This document shows positions 23,458 through 25,812 of a stretch of 25,812 bases of DNA, piece by piece. The DNA is from Tubiluchus corallicola. Lineage: Eukaryota > Animalia > Priapulida. A program made the translations under genes and the position numbers. The stretch lies in assembly GCA_030141605.1 (NCBI GenBank), contig JAQGDQ010001778.1, positions 1 to 25,812 of the forward strand. Reading direction: 5' to 3'. The notes under the pieces were generated by a model that was not told the DNA's origin, did no database searches, and was given only the letters and a program-made list of their open reading frames with translations. Numbering within the stretch: the first letter of the stretch is position 1; every line of letters begins with the position of its first letter.

Positions 23458-24966
23458 TGGACAATTTCACAACAAAGCTAAAATAAAATTGATAATTCCA
23501 AAAGTACAAGAAAACCTTCAACTTACATCAAACTTAAAAAATTCATTTTGAAATTTTATACCACCTACATACTGCCTTTTTGCATACAGGACTTACGTCG
23601 TCAGTAACGCGCTAATTAATAATTATCGATCTTGCGTAGCTATAGGTTAATTGTCAATTATGAACGGTTTGATAAGGCTGAAGAGATTTTACACAGATTT
23701 TTAGTGCAGTAAAACTTAGTAATATTATTCTCTTCTAAAGAACTTCGTGCCAATTTCTAAAATTTTAATTTTGCAAAAAAGGACTCGTCCCTTCAGATGG
23801 GTCATACCACAACCTTCTCAGAGCTCGCTACTCCATGCAGCATTTTTATGGTATACTGTACAGCCATATAACTAATCATACAATATCTACCGTCTATCGG
23901 CTATCGTACTTAGTATTGTGCGTACTCTACAGTTCCATCCGATGGAGGTGTCTACCAAGAGCCCTGTGGTATGACCAGTTATTCTATCAGAGATGCCATC
24001 CCCACTTATTACAAAACCGAAAACTTATTTATATATAAACTTACTTTCCTCTTACAGTTTGTGGTACGTTAGAGTTGTTTATCATTGTTTTCTACATGCA
24101 TTTGAAACTTTATTCACGTGGCGACATCTCTTGGACACGATATACATATAAACTCACATTTCCCGAACTGTTTGTGGTGCATTACAGTTGCTTAGTATTG
24201 GTTGCTACGTATTTTGAAATTTTATTCATGTGGCGACATCTCTGAGGTGAAGTTCTATTTGTGCTCACATTGGTAAGGCTTTTTGCTAACTGATGACGTC
24301 ATTTGTTTTGGTAGCGCAACGAGTAAGGTCTTGGTCTGCAGATCACATGGTTACGAGTTCAAATCTCGTAAAAATTGCATTTTAAAAATTCGTTAACAGT
24401 TAGTGAAACTTTGTTTTCTATAATACCAGTCATGTTAATTGTGTCCTCAGTCGATTGAAATAAATAAATAAAAACAAATTCAAAATAAATCAATCGAATA
24501 AACCTGTAATTACAGACTGGTATTTACTGACATTTAATTATTAAAACACCAACGTGGTTTATTACGTGCAGAGAGCCAATTGTATTATTAAGAGGTTCAA
24601 AAACTGCTGATCTGAAGGAGAAGACTTTTTCTACGATTTTGTTCACAATTTTATTGCAATAGTCTCTGGTTTAATCACGATAAAGGAAACATTGAATGCT
24701 TATTACTTATAATACTGCACTAAAAATCTGTGTAAAATCTCTTCAGCCTAGGCAAACCGTTCATAATTGACAATTAGCCTATAGCTATATAAGATCGATA
24801 ATTATTAATTAGCGCGTTACTGACAATGTAAGTCCTGTATGCAAAAAGGCAGTATGTAGGTGGTATAAAATTCCAAAATGAATTTTTTAAGCTTGATGTA
24901 AGTTGAGGGTTTTCTTGTGCTTTTGGGATTATCAATTTTATTTTAGCTTTGTTGTGAAATTGTCCA
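23458..24966. mobile_element. Long inverted repeat (arms 23458-23724 and 24701-24966) with ~975-bp spacer; foldback-like element
   Basis: tggacaatttcacaacaaagctaaaataaaattgataat...gatttttagtgcagta mirrored with scattered substitutions. Continued outward by (CT)n on the left and (AG)n on the right. Confidence 0.85.
24305..24376 (+). pseudogene. tRNA-like relic (tRNA-Cys(GCA)-like) or SINE head
   Basis: A-box-like tagcgcaacgag, CTGCAGA anticodon loop, perfect T arm acgag-ttcaaat-ctcgt. Acceptor stem poor. Confidence 0.5.
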
Positions 24967-24971
24967 CATGT

Positions 24972-25812
<841 letters not shown>

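Overview
AT-rich, repeat-dense animal genomic DNA, probably from an invertebrate. Almost all long ORFs in the supplied track are microsatellite artefacts. Reading splice sites directly gives spliced exons of an SLC9C/sNHE-like voltage- and cNMP-gated Na+/H+ exchanger in an abnormal layout. Four C-terminal exons run on + (6185-15378). The two exons that should precede them (coupling helices and C-linker) lie on - (5024-5148 and 2483-2608). That inverted block is bracketed by a near-perfect inverted duplication (1-338 vs 5850-6188) that recreates the acceptor of the first + exon at the window edge. I cannot find the cNMP-binding beta-roll exon(s) anywhere in the window. A second, unidentified gene appears to end on - at about 22147. 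The rest is nested mobile DNA: Kolobok-, piggyBac- and hAT-type MITEs, two foldback-like inverted-repeat structures, several LINE relics, a Penelope-like repeat carrying a minimal hammerhead ribozyme, a 5S-rRNA-headed SINE with an RTE-like tail, minisatellites and long microsatellites. Family assignments are from recalled motifs; no database search was run.
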